From Macrostomum lignano (lineage: Eukaryota), in the NCBI GenBank assembly GCA_002269645.1, contig NIVC01000052.1, forward strand, positions 1 through 64,000: a DNA stretch of 64,000 nt. The letters are read 5' to 3'. The position numbers and the translations under genes were made by a program. Positions 40,640 to 53,421 of this stretch are shown piece after piece. The notes below the pieces were generated by a model that saw only the letters and a list, made by a program, of their open reading frames with translations, did no database searches and had not been told where the DNA came from. Within the stretch, counting starts at the first letter, position 1. The number at the start of each line of letters is the position of its first letter.

Positions 40640-41095
40640 AATCTTCCCTGATCCCCTAGGTTATCCCTTGATCCCATTCCCAGCACTCCTGAGCTCTTAG
40701 TTTCTAATGGGATTTGAGAATCTATGCCAATCCCAGCATCACTGATCCCCTAGTTCCCAGTGGGATTTGGGAGCCTATCCCAAACTTAGCATTCCTGATC
40801 CCCTAAGATATCCTCTGGTCTAATTCCCAGCATCCCTGATCCCCTAGTTTCCCCATGGGATTTGGGAATCCATCCCAATCCCAGCATCCCTGATCTCTTA
40901 GTTTCCCATGGAATTAGGGAATCTATCCCAATCCCAGCATCCCTGATCTCTTAGTTTCCCATGGAATTAGGGAATCTATCCCAATCCCAGCATCCCTGAT
41001 CTCTTAGTTTCTCATGGAATTAGGGAATCTATCCCAATCCCAGCATCCCTGATCTCTTAATTTCCCATGGAATTAGGGAATCTATCCCAATCCTG
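40640..41095. repeat. 51-bp tandem repeat downstream of the cytohesin stop
   Basis: Unit atcccaatcccagcatccctgatctcttagtttcccatggaattagggaatct; copies at 40885 and 40936 give the period. Confidence 0.9.
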
Positions 41096-41644
41096 GCTAT
41101 CTGATGTTCATTAAACCTCTTTCAGAATGCGTTGATTTTTGCCATTTTTCGACTACATCGAGCTGTAAATACTGATTAGCTGATCTACTTTAAAATAATA
41201 GTTTTATTAATAGTGCAACTCAATACTGTGATTGTCTGTTCTGAGATTGGAATTTGTGTATTCATTTTTGTCGCGTTGTTAAGTATAATTACGCTTCTAA
41301 GCAGTTTCTTACTTGCTTTATTTGTGGCTATAGTTTTTTAATTTAGAAAAATATTATTTGATTTTTAATACTACTCTTGTCAGTAGCATCGAATAAATGA
41401 GTGTTTGGCTTAAAGGCCAGTTTCATTTTGTCTTTTAGACTATATTTTTGTTGTGAAATAATACACAGATTATAAATAACATCGGACCCTGCAATATCGC
41501 TGTCAATAATAATTAATTTGCTGAAAGATTGATTGTTTATGCAAGCTCGCTCGTCTATTTTTTACATGTTTATATAGTTATGATGTAGGAATTTGTTGAG
41601 TTAGTGTTTAAAATAAATCACTAATTAGATAAACACAGGTGATA

Positions 41645-42030
41645 GCGGTACAAACAGATAAAGACAGCAGTAGAAGCAGAGAGAGACAGCAGTAAAAGCA
41701 TAGGGAGACAGCAGTAAAAGCAGAGGGAGACAGCAGTAGAAGCAGAGGGAGACAGCAGTAGAAGCAGAGGGAGACAGCAGTAAAAGCAGAGGGAGACAGC
41801 AGTAGAAGCAGATAAAGACAGCAGTAGAAGCAGATAAAGACAGCAGTAAAAGCAGAGGGAGACAACAGTAAAAGCAGATAGAGACAGCAGTAGAAGCAGA
41901 TAGAGACAGCAGTAGAAGCAGACAGAGACAACAGTAGAAGCAGACAGAGACAGCAGTAGAAGCAGATAGAGACAACAGTAGAAGCAGACAGAGACAACAG
42001 TAGAAGCAGACAGAGACAGCAGTAGGAGAA
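41645..42030. repeat. 21-bp minisatellite
   Basis: Unit agacagcagtagaagcagaga. ORFs 41608..42161 are repeat translations. Confidence 0.9.
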
Positions 42031-42907
42031 GAAGATCTAAAGTAGTTTGCAGCGGGGATTTCGGGCACTGCTTCAAACCAAAAGCCACAGTCGACCCTTA
42101 GCCCACGAGGAGGCGGGCAGCAATTTCGCTGACCTCTGAGCACGCACACGGATGCACACACCTCCCTCGGTCAATTTCGTGCAGAAGCCCTGAATTGATG
42201 TCGCACGAGAGATATAGAAAACGTAAAAAAAAACAAAATACGCAAAAGCAAAAGCTTACAAGCGCAGAAGAGTTCTAAATTCGAGATTCTATACGAAAAG
42301 TTCATATGGAATACCTTTAAGGCTGTTTTCGAGACAGTCTTTGAAATTAAAAATAGCATCTAGTAAATTGAATTCCAGCCAAAAGGGTTATCATTTGTTA
42401 CATTGTACGATTTGAAAAACTCCAAACTATTTGTTTCATCATATGAACCAATGAGAAGACAAGCAAAATAGTAAAAAAAGACGAGTCTGGGGGAGGGGAG
42501 TTTTTACCTGTCTTGTTCCCATATCAGTCAATCAGTCAATCAGTCATTTCAAGGAGCAGTGTTTGCTACCAGAGCAGTATTTGCAGTGTTTGAGTGTGAT
42601 GCAGAAGTAAGTTGTGTTAGACAGTAAATCTGTGAGGAAAGTCGGGAAACCCTCGATTGTTAATTAATACGAGGCATTGGTAACACCGTTTTGGACATTG
42701 CTTAGGGTTAGTAGTTAGCTCAATAGTTTGGTTATAATTTATGACAGTTGCGTCACTTTATTTGCTCCGGAGTCTGTGCCAGTCAATCTGCCGTGTGCAG
42801 CTGTTCCTCGTGGATTGGCTTGATGATCACTTGATCGGCAATTGAAGCTGCGGACTGAAAAGAAAATATCGCAGGAAAATTACAAACTGCCGGTACTGAT
42901 GAGTTGA

Positions 42908-45900
42908 TCAGCTTCTCATTGTAATCACCTGTTTAATCCGCAGAAATCGCTCCCATTCTCTTATCGCCTCGCTACAGCCAGCATTTATGGCTTCGGACAC
43001 GATGCTTTCGTGACTGCTGACCAGTTCATCCAGCAGCTCCGCATCCGGACAGAAGTGCAGAGCCGTCAGCACTTCTTGCAGGTCCGAGTCGCCGCTCTGT
43101 CGTTTAGCAACGTCGGTAAACCAGGCCATTGCGCCAGGGGTCGCGACAGTGTCTGTAGCTAGCAGCTCAAACTGAAGACACCTGAGCAGAGCGTCGAAGT
43201 TCATATAGTAATCGGTAACGCTCACCTGTTGCAGAAAAGTGGGAAAGACGTCTCTAGGAAATTTTGGCAGAAATTCGAACACGGGACGCCGGTCGAATCT
43301 GAGGCAAAACTTGAACGCTGAATCGCAGCCGTTCAGGTGTTTCCACACGTATTCTGTTGTTGCTTCGTCTTTAGTCACTTCGCTGGCAGCATTCGACCAG
43401 GGTATGCCTCGGCCAGTCTGATGGCCCAGGCTGTGCAGCAGGATCCGCTTCGCAGTGCTCTCGTAGCCAAGCTTCAGGCCAGCCATGGCCCGCAGGGCCT
43501 CCCTAGTTGAATAGGCAGCTCTGTCTGGTAGCCGGCCGAGAAGGCGAGCGAGAAACTCCGTGTCTTTGACAGTGGAGCTGGACAGCAGCAGCATGGCTTC
43601 GCAGACAACATCGTAGATCTGATGGTACTCCACAGCTGTCGGATCCGGTGGCGGTGTCTGGTGTGGATACAACTGCGGCAGGACTACAAACGGATGAAAG
43701 CGAAATCCTGCGGTTGGATCGATTGGTCGCAAGCTGTTCTCAAATTCAGTCAGCAACTCTGGCAGCCGGTTTATCGAGTCTTCTAGCACACTTGCGATCC
43801 TGTCAGTGCCGCTGCCCTTGAGGTACAAGCCCGCGTCGTTTAAGAAGTAATGAGTCAAGATTCGATTGTCTGCAGTTAAGTTGCTATTCTCCAACCCGTC
43901 CAACAACATCAGCAGCGCCTGTCTCACGAGGCTCACCAGCTGATCCGGCTGCCATCGCTGGGCTGGTGTTTCCTCCAGTAAGCGGAATACCAGCGTCTTG
44001 GCATGGTAAGCCTTGACTCCATTGACCCTGCGCCCGATCACCTTCTTTACGAGATACTTTAAAGTCACAAACACCTGGCCCTGTATGGTACTCAAGCTTC
44101 GAAGCAGCCGGTTCTCTAGAAATGTTGTACTCACTCTGAGCTGCTCGCCTCCCTGCCCTGGCGGCGCTGCGTGAACGACGTGACAGGGAAAGTCGGGCGA
44201 TTGCAATGCCGCTTGCAGGGACCGTAGAGTCCTCTCGGGGATGTTGGACTTGACTAACCGGGCTGGTTGCAGCGGCAGCACGGGCGGGTAGGAGCAGAGC
44301 TCGCATGCGCTCACTTGGTCTACGGCCGGCCGCTGGGCTAGGATCGATCCGATGGAGGCTCTGGCCGGACTGGACGCTGCGAAAGTCAAGCATAGTGCAT
44401 TTAGTCAGGGGTCAACTATCGTGATGCGATTTTTGCGTATTAACAACAATAAAGCGATACGCCGCAAAGTCATAAAAGCGGCAGCATAGGCGTGGGCCTA
44501 TACGTGAAAGTAGACTGCACCGCTGACAGAGTGGAGACACCAGCATCAGCCAGCAGGCAGTCGACGAGACGTACCGAGACGAAGATCCCTCGCACGTAGG
44601 GAGCCTTCCACCTCAGCAGTAGCACCTACTGCTGGGGTGGACTGCGGCTAGCCTGCGCTGCGTCGAATATCTATTCGAGCGAATCTGTCAGATCTCGGCG
44701 TTGTACAGCAGGATGGTCTCGACAGTTTCGACCACCACCTTTAACAACGCCGTCAATTGTCGGTCAGGTATAGAGCCTCGAACAACAGGACTGCCCTCAC
44801 AGAACAAAAGGCACCCAGGCAATTCAGCATGTTTTGATTAGTATCTTATAAATTACTTTTGTAAGTTATGAGTGCAGCAGAATATACACGCATATAGCTA
44901 AGATTTGAAAAGCTTACCGAATCCAGAGCACAAGATGTGACCATTCTCGTACTGAACAAAGTTTTCCGAATCTGGCACCGACTTGCACTGACAGCTTCCT
45001 TTCAAGTGATACTTCCTGCCGACGAATAGCTGCATCATGTCAATGTCAGACTCTACGTCTGGTTTTCCGTCAAAGCAGGTCAGACTGTTGCCCCAGCCTT
45101 CTGAGTAGCTGCCAACGATAAACATGTACTCCTGCGATAGTCTGACGCCTCGCTGGCGCAGAATCTGCTGCAGAACGTCGGACACTGCACTCTGCAGGGT
45201 GGCCCTCGAGTGAACGAATCCTGACTTAACAAGACTAGAGTGAAGGCGACGGCTGAGATCCGAGTCGCTTGGATCTGAGCTGAAAGAAATTGAGCTGGTG
45301 GTACACTTCAGCAACAAATGAACACAAACAAATAAGCATGTCACTAAAAAGATATTATTATTTACACAGATTCCTGCAAAACTTGTCCAGTCCCTTCGGT
45401 CGCGGGCTGAAGCTCATGAATTAAAGGAACTTTCGGAAAAGTGGTTGCCGCCGCTTTGTTGAGCTCTTCGATCACCTGATTATGGCCCTGTCGGATTGCT
45501 AAGGCGATTGGGGATTCACCGCTCAGCGTCGCCAAGTCGACGTCGGCCTGAGCTGCGACCAGAGCTTTAACGGCTTTCAAGCAGCCTTCGTGTGAGGCCA
45601 GGTGCAGCGGTGACCAGCCTAAGCGGCTAGTCTGCAGATTCACGTCCGCCTGAGCGTGCAGCAGCATCCTGATCGCCCAGTTTCGATTGTCGCTTTCCAC
45701 TGCCAAATAAAGCGGCGAATCACCGATGCCATCGATTCGTTGCTGATTAACATCGACCCTGGACTTTATAATGAGATTCTCTACCATCTCCCTGTGATTT
45801 TTAAGTATTGCTGAGTACAACGGAGGACTGCATTTTGATGGCTGAATGTTAGCGTCAGCCTACGCCTCGATCAGCACATCCACTGCTTTACTGTGCCCGT

Positions 45901-47362
45901 TTTGCACAGCCAGGTAGATTGCTGTACAGCCGTGCAACTGTTGAACGTCAGGATCCGATAGTGCCTTGATGAGCACCTGTACGATTCCATGATGGCCCAG
46001 CTGGGACGCAGCGTGCAATGCTGTTTCTCCACCGAACCCTTGTATATTGACATCCGCGTTGGCTTGAGTGACCAGTGCATCCACCACTTTCCGATGCCCA
46101 TTCTGGGCTGAGAAGTAGAGTGGCGAAAATCCATTGAAATCCCGAAGACTGGCATTGGCACCAGCTCGTAATAGAACATTAACCACCTTCTGGTGTCCCT
46201 CCTGAGCAGCGATGTGAAGCGATGTGAAGCCATTGCTAATTTGTGAGCTCAAGTCCGCTTGAAATTTGACGAGAGTTTCAACAACACGGCTGTTGTTCAT
46301 TTGAGATGCGATGTAAAGCGGCGAGTCGCTCGTCATATGACGCTTAATATCCATGTTCGCCTGCGCTCCAAGAAGCAGCTTCACCATGTCGTTTTTTCCC
46401 TTACCGGAAGCAATATACAGAGGTGTAGCACCATATTTAGTCTGGAGATCGACATTCACCTGGGCGGCAATAAAAGCCTGGACAACTCGAGTATGCCCGT
46501 TCTGGGCGGCCATATAAAGCGGTGAATATCCCTGCCAATCCTTGTGAACCGTTTCGGCTGCGGCATTCATCAGAATTTGCACAATCCGATGATGCCCATT
46601 CTGCGCCGCCAAGTGCAGTGCTGTGAAGCCAGCGGTAGACTCCACAGATGGATCGGCCATGGCACTCAAAAGCCTTTCTACCATGCCTAAGTGGCCCAAC
46701 TGGCAAGCAACTATCAGAGGCGAAGCGCCCTCATCCTGAAGAATGTTTGGATCAGCGTAGGCTCGTAGCAGTATGTCAACCAACGAGTGAAGATTAGACT
46801 GGGAGGCATAGTGCAATGGTCCTTCTCCGCTCTTTATTTTAATGTTGACGTCGGCACCAGCGTTTATAAGCGACTCAATAACTTTGCGATGACCCTCCTG
46901 CACGGCAATGTATAGTGCTGTTGCTCCGTGCACTTGTTGAACATTGAGGTCGGCCTGCGCACTAGTTAGTAACCTAGCCACCTCATGATGGCCTCTCATG
47001 GCCGCAATGTAGAGTGGCGTGGCTCCTCTCTTTGTTTGAATATCAAGATCGGCTTGTGCTTCGATGAGGATTTTCACAACGTGGTAATGGGCGTTTCTTG
47101 CAGCTACATGTAAGGACGAGTCGCCATCTGCGGCTTTAAGATTGACGTCGGCTTGAGCTAGCAGCAGTCTTTGTACAATAGCTTCTTGACCCACAGATGC
47201 TGCCAGGTATAGCAGCGATCCTTTAGTGTCAGAGAGCTGATAGAAAGTGTCAACATCGCTTGCATGCTGTATGAAATGGTCAATTGATCTCAGGTTTCCT
47301 GAATTAATTGCTCTGAGTAAGTCGGTTCCCAAGTTCTTTGTGTTTTTCGTGTTTGACTTCAT
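42908..47362 (-). CDS. Ankyrin-repeat (about 19) plus cGAS-like/Mab-21 nucleotidyltransferase fusion (about 1275 codons, 3 exons), interrupted by one in-frame TAG
   Basis: Exons 47362-45366, 45279-44918 and 44376-42908 join in phase (donors gtaaat and gtaagc; acceptors tttcag and ttcgcag). NTase motif IVGSYSEG...SDID, third acid in AVDQV, Mab-21 motifs LRVSTTFLENRLL, KAYHAKTLVF and THYFL. ORFs 45860..47551 and 45362..45820 are in one frame, separated only by TAG at 45862-45860. May be a nonsense allele or pseudogene. Confidence 0.85.
44480..44760 (-). mobile_element. Decayed 3' fragment of a non-LTR (RTE-like) retrotransposon in intron 2 of the ankyrin-cGLR gene
   Basis: Minus-strand translation VETILLYNAEI* (44723 downward) resembles the E(S/T)(I/V)LLY(G/N)xE(T)W motif after RTE-clade RT domains. 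It is followed by frameshifted TDSLE*IFDAA and LVDCLLADAG. Confidence 0.6.
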
Positions 47363-50033
47363 TACATCCAACAAATGAAACCAATTTCTTGTTAATTCGA
47401 GCCCCTGAAACTGCAAAAGGGGTTGGCAAACGCAAACAATATGAGTGTAAAATTCTCGTTCCCATATAATGAACTGGGCAAAAATAAGTTGCAATTTATA
47501 GTTTACTCGTATTGTAAAATCAATGTACAAAATAGGCCTATTTTTAAGCACATAAGTTTTAATCTAACACTGTTGACTGTTGTTATATATCCTTAAATCC
47601 TTAATGATCGCAGCTGACTATATAGCGAAGAAATTGTTTTTGCTTTTTCAAGGAAGCCATAGTGCAGTACTTTATAGCTCCTTATTTATAGCTCCTTATA
47701 AAATTTTCTTGTTGGGTAAAAAATACACTTTTTGTGACCTTGAAAAACTTCCTGAAACACTTGACAGAGAAGATACAGTCGCAACCTGTAAAACTTTCAA
47801 AATGTCTAAATTTGCCAGTAAACTTTGCTTCATTTAAGTACTCACTGAGTGGTCTTTTCAGACAATTACTGATAATTTTTTGATGCTCTAGACTGGAGTT
47901 ACTGACGCCTTTGCAGTTCTTCTCTTAAATATTCAGAATTAATGTTTTCTATCTTTGTCATTCTACTCTAAGATAAACAATCTGAACCTTTTTGGTTCCT
48001 AGTTGATTATCGCTTTAATCATGGGGATGGGGTTTAAAATAGTGATGGAAAGCTGAAAACCAAAGGAAATTAAACACGACGTTTTTGCGGTTTAACGCAA
48101 AGAACATTTATTTATTCACTTTTTAATTTTTCTCTTAGAGTACTTTAATTCAGTTTCACAACTTTTAGAACATTCTGTTGTTAAAACAGTTGTAATTCTT
48201 GCGGTTTTTTCCTGTTGTTTTTGCATTCTTTGCATCGTGATCGCACACACCATCAACATCGACCATCATAGAGTCATGCTGCTAACAGGAACAGAGCAGC
48301 CATCTAATGTGGATTATACTCTGGTACTAGTAACTAGTAACACTAACACATTCTGATTTAAGTAACACAATTAAAAACATTTACAATTTACACTAAGACC
48401 ATATATAGTCCGATAGAACTATTACAGACAAGTGCATTTTCCGATTTTGTGGTGCGTTGGCAATTGGCATGGAGAAAGGCTGTGCATGGTATTGCGGTAC
48501 AGCAAGGACAGGGCTATTATATTATCTACTTTTCCAATACGAAAGCTTTTTAATCCTCTTTAATTATTTTTTCGTGCTATAAGTTTTATAATTTATTAAT
48601 AATAAGTGTAAAAACTCAATAGATTTAGATAGGGCCTAAGCCCATTCAATCTCAAAATGCATTCTGGCTCCAATTGTACGCTCGTATAAGGATTTGTACC
48701 AAGCAAAACGAAATCTTTTTGATAAAATTAGAACACCACAATCTAAATATACTAAATCTCTAAGGTTTGTATGCTTGTCCATAATGCTCTAGAGATCGCA
48801 ATTCTCGACCGATTTTGATCGTGTTTTCGCCAAAATCTAAATATACTAAACCTCTAAGGTTTGTATGCTTAGTCTGTAATGTAATGCTCTAGAGATTGAA
48901 CTGATTTATTAATTTTGATTGCATTTTTTTGCCAAAAGATTCAAAATTGTCTGGTTTCTTTACAGTTTTCTAGGTAGGCCTAAGGTATGTTGCTAGTATA
49001 GGGTAGGCTTTATTTCTTTATAAGGTTTATTAGGCTTAATTATTTAGGTAAGGACTCCAATGTGCTAACAGTAATTTGGTGAAAATGGATAAAAATAAAA
49101 ATTTCTAAAACTTTACAGTTAAATTGCTATGTATTAAACTGGTTTTACAAAAATCTAAAAAATTCATTAAAAAACTAGAAAAATATATCTTTCAAATGAG
49201 CAGTTTCATATGATCTTTTAAAAAGCAAGACTCTAAATAGGAAGTGATAAAAAAGGGAAAGAAATTATTGAACTTCCTTTTAAAATATAGTAAAGACTCT
49301 AAATGATAAATTCGATTAGCTTGTAAAGCTATAGGCCTAGCTAGGAAACAATTGCCTTCTCCTGTTTAGCCATAGTGCAAAACACCCTGAATATATGCCA
49401 GACTAAAATCTCTTACAATGTATTTGGTATGCCAGTATATGCCAATTTTTTTCCAACCTGAAAAAATTGTAATTTTAATCCCAGAAAAAAATGAGGCTCA
49501 TTACAAGCTTTGTTTTCTAGTGTTGCAGTATATTGAATGACTTTTTTGCTCCTTTGTTTTACTTTTTTGCTTTTTTTGCTGATACTCTTTATAGTGGGAA
49601 ATCAATACATGCTAAGATTTCTTTCATTCTTTTAAAATAATTACTTTCCATTTAAATTTACTTTTAATTTACAATTTGATTCTGCAACTGTAGGAGCATG
49701 TATGCCACTTTTTTACCATCCATTTGTATAGGCCTATACAAAAATAAAATTCATAGATTTCAAAAACAAAAAATTTGTATATCAAGTGTACGCCAAAATT
49801 TGTGAGTGTACACCAGATTAATCTGGTATACCACCCTCTTCCGGACTATGGCTGCTTAGGTAATGCAAAAATATTTAGGGCCTTACCCATTTTAGTTACC
49901 AATGTCCAAAGGCCACTATAGAAGCTGACATCTGCAATCTTAGCATGTAGGTGGCTTATTGATATTGCTTCTTTGTGTTGCTTTTTGGGAAGTTACACAT
50001 ATAGGATCTCCTGCTAATACTTGCATACACATA

Positions 50034-50320
50034 CATGCGCAACAGGGCTGAGTTGGCTGATCTGGCTGACCAATTTGGCAGCCAACCAAGGAAGTCGCAA
50101 AAATGCCCACCCAAAAAAATACCTAAGTAGTAAAACTAAGTAGCTGACAAGGCATTTTGGCTTAATAAGACAGTCATAGTTACTTCTGCTGTTTACCCAA
50201 AGTTGCAGTAAATTTGCTTTATGGTTTTTTACATGTAAGTTGCATTTTTTTGCCAAAAACTATGTCACATTTTGTTAAAACTAAGTTGCACAGCCAACCG
50301 AATTTTGGAGGTTGTGCATA
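50034..50320. mobile_element. MITE family A copy (TIR catgcgcaac, TA TSD)
   Basis: ta|catgcgcaac ... gttgtgcata|ta; internal sequence similar to 51481-51745. Confidence 0.75.
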
Positions 50321-51480
50321 TATGTGCGTACACCTATATCATTTTCCTTCTATTGCATTTCTACCATTGCAAAAATATTTTGTGCTCAAGCAATTGTTTT
50401 GCTTTGCTACTCTTAAGACTTTGCAGCTATCCATTAGGCAATGCTGTTTTAGCTAAATAAAACATGGCTTCATGTGCCATAGGGCATATATTTGGATAGT
50501 CAGTGACTAGATAATCAAGAACTACAAAAAGACACTTGCCAGGCATATTTTCCTTTGGAATAGTTTATGCTAGTGTGGCCATGTCCTTTGGTAGTTTTCT
50601 TCAACACTATGTTTATAAATTTTTCTTTTTTATTAGTCTTTTTATTTTTATGTTTTTTAAAGCTTTCTCAGTATCATTAAGTAGGTGTTCTTGAACCTCC
50701 CTCTCTATGAGCACAGCCATATGCACCATGATAACCTGTTGGGCATGGCCAACTAGCTCGTTGTCTAATGCATTGTTAGGATCTGCTATGAATATAGTCT
50801 ATATATCAATAAGGTAATTATCCTACATGAGAGTATCATACTATCCATCTTGCTAGATACAAAAATGGCATTCACTAAAGCTTTGCAGGCTGTGCAAATA
50901 TGGTATAGCATGCCAGATACAACCTTGGATGGCCAAATCTAGGCTGTGCAACCATGCAATGGCACACTTGTAGTGCTTGTTCATATCTAGAATGGTAATG
51001 TCTTTGCAGCGCAATAGAACCCACAATGGTTGAATAAACAAAATATTGAAAAGGCCAAAGACATAGTAGTCACAGAGAAGCAATGGTGATGCTGGGTCAG
51101 TATATACCATAGTCAATAAGCAGTTGCTGGCCAGGTACTCTATCAGAAAATCTAGCAAGATGTTTTGTTGCCAGAAAATAGTGCCACCATTTAGAAAAGC
51201 CACATATACAGTTTCCATAGAAATCTTCCATCTAAAGTCTTTCATGGGCTTCAAAGTAAATTGCCAAAGGGTAGCCAATGCTATATTATTCATTGCCATT
51301 TGATGAAATGCTTTGCACACTTTGCAAATAAGGTGCAGCATGCCAGATTCAACTTTGGATGGTCAAAATCAAGGAAGCAACATAGCCCTCATAGAATCAG
51401 CAAACACGTAGTGCTTAAATATATGCAGGCCAACCTTAGCAACAGATAGAAAGTTCACTATCATGTGTATCCCACACATA

Positions 51481-51745
51481 CATGCGCAACAGTTGGCCGA
51501 TCCAGCCGACCGATTTGGCGGCCAATCAAGGAAGTTGCAATAATTCCCACCCAAAAAATACCAAAGTAGTAGTACTAAGTATCTTACGAGGCATTTTGAC
51601 TTAACTCCTGCCATTTACCCAAAGTTGTGTTAATTTTGCTTTAGGGTTTTTTGTAAATGTAAGTCGCATTTTTTGGCCAAAAACTATGTCGCATTTTTGT
51701 TAAAACTAAGTCGCATGGCTGACCGAATGTTGGAGGTTGCGCATG
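51481..51745. mobile_element. MITE family A copy (265 bp)
   Basis: ta|catgcgcaac ... gttgcgcatg|ta, with a perfect 10-bp TIR and TA duplication. Confidence 0.8.
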
Positions 51746-53127
51746 TATGATCCCACAGAAAATATGATGACAAGTTGCTGAATTGCTTGTTCTACCAGGA
51801 TCTAGTGCATCTTATCAATCAGCACCTGTAGTCAAAGTGTACAAAAAATTTTTTAATAAAGTCCTTGTATTTATATACTGATAAGATTAGCATGGCATAG
51901 AATACAAAGGCCAAAACAAAAAATCTGTAACATTTTTTAAGACTTTTATTTACAATGACATGGTCTGTCATGAGGAAGTCTAGGCTGAGCAAGATATTAG
52001 CTTGGAGGTGCCATTGATTGTTCTCCTGACAGTCATCAAGAATCATTGTGCTAAATACTATCATGAGCTCTTCCATGGTGGCCTTCAGCTTATAGGCATA
52101 AAATATTGGTTATGCCACCTTCAACCTCACAGAGAAAAAGAGCAACAGGCTGCATATTGCCAGTGTGGATCTGAGAATTAGTAGAAAAATATCAAGGCTG
52201 AGGGATGAGCATGATGTCATTCATTGTCATTTTAAATTTGAACAATGTTTCAGCTGATTTTAATCTTGAAAAAATTGTAACAGTTCTAATAAGGGTTTAC
52301 CTAGTACTTAATAACAATTTGTGGTATCAGCTAGTCACAATTTATGGTATCTGCAAGGTGCCATTTTTAATGCTGTTATTGTCTTCTATCAGATACATAT
52401 CTAAAAAATAATAGCTTGTAAATTTGAAACTTTCAAAATCTCACTGGAGACCTTAATTTAGGTTAAACATAGGATAGGCCTATATATGGCACCTATATAA
52501 ATATTTTTTTTGCTTCTAAAGTTTTTTTTACAAATATGTCATTATATGTTCCTATAAAATAAAAAAGCAAACAGGCCTTAGGCCTGTATATATATACAAA
52601 TGCATAACTTAAAAACTTAAAATTAAACGTCTTTGTTTTTTGTATGTAGTTTTTGCTTGACCTTTGCTTTAGGCTTTTTTCGCAGAGTGTGTATATATGC
52701 ACCATAAATTTTGAAATTGCACCTTGAAATTGAAAAGTGGATGCAGTTTAGGTATGGTCACATAATCTATTTTTCCTTTTAAGCCTTAAGCCTCATTTAA
52801 TAAAAGAAATTGCACTCTGAGCCTTAAAATCACACCTTGAAATTGGGTATATAGTGAAATTTTGTACCTTGTCTCTGGCAAAAAACCTAGCCTTTGCTTG
52901 ATCTATGGCAATATGTTAATCTTAGTTAAAAATAAAATTTGGTTATGTATATAAATCTTTTAAATATTATAAATCTAGTAATTTTAATACTATTAATAAG
53001 TCAAGTCAAAGATAGGACTTGCTAAGATAAGATTAGAATCTAAGATAGATTTTGACTCATGTCTATACTAAAGATATCAATGGCCCCTATTTTAGCCATG
53101 GTCAAGTTGTGCCAAAGCTAGTTTTCT

Positions 53128-53344
53128 CGCAACCCTCTGATTTACATTGGCCGTTCGACCCTAAATAAAAATTAACACAATTTTGGGTAAACGGCAGGAG
53201 TAACTATAACTGTCTTATTAAGGCTAAATGCCTCGTCATCTAATTATTACTACGTCTATTCTTTTAAGTGGGCATTTTTGCGACCTACCCTTGGTCCACC
53301 AAAATTTACAGTGACGTGGCCGGATCGGCCAGCAGTTGCGCATG
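53128..53344. mobile_element. MITE family A copy in inverted orientation, one end degenerate
   Basis: Ends gttgcgcatg|ta at 53344; interior is the reverse complement of the 50034 copy. A further partial copy starts ta|catgcgcaac at 53876. Confidence 0.65.
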
Positions 53345-53421
53345 TATGTTTTATAATCATGTGAATATATGTGTGTATAATTTGCATTCATGCATGCAAG
53401 CATCTGCTTCTCCCACACAAG

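Noticed and set aside
42890-42910. CTGATGA hammerhead-ribozyme core
   Set aside because: No GAAA and no flanking stems; the CTGATG motifs in the intron-2 satellite also lack the core.
45842-45863. 22-nt GT-AG mini-intron removing the ankyrin TAG
   Set aside because: It shifts the frame to an early stop; only the 36-nt option keeps frame.
43884-46706. Overlapping or antisense ORFs within the ankyrin-cGLR, BUB3, cytohesin and zinc-finger exons
   Set aside because: They are shadow frames of GC-rich coding sequence with no independent motifs.
47363-47551. N-terminal extension of the ankyrin ORF from the track's alternative start at 47551
   Set aside because: AT-rich, intron-like sequence upstream of a ttttgcag acceptor; the first ATG (47362) fits better.
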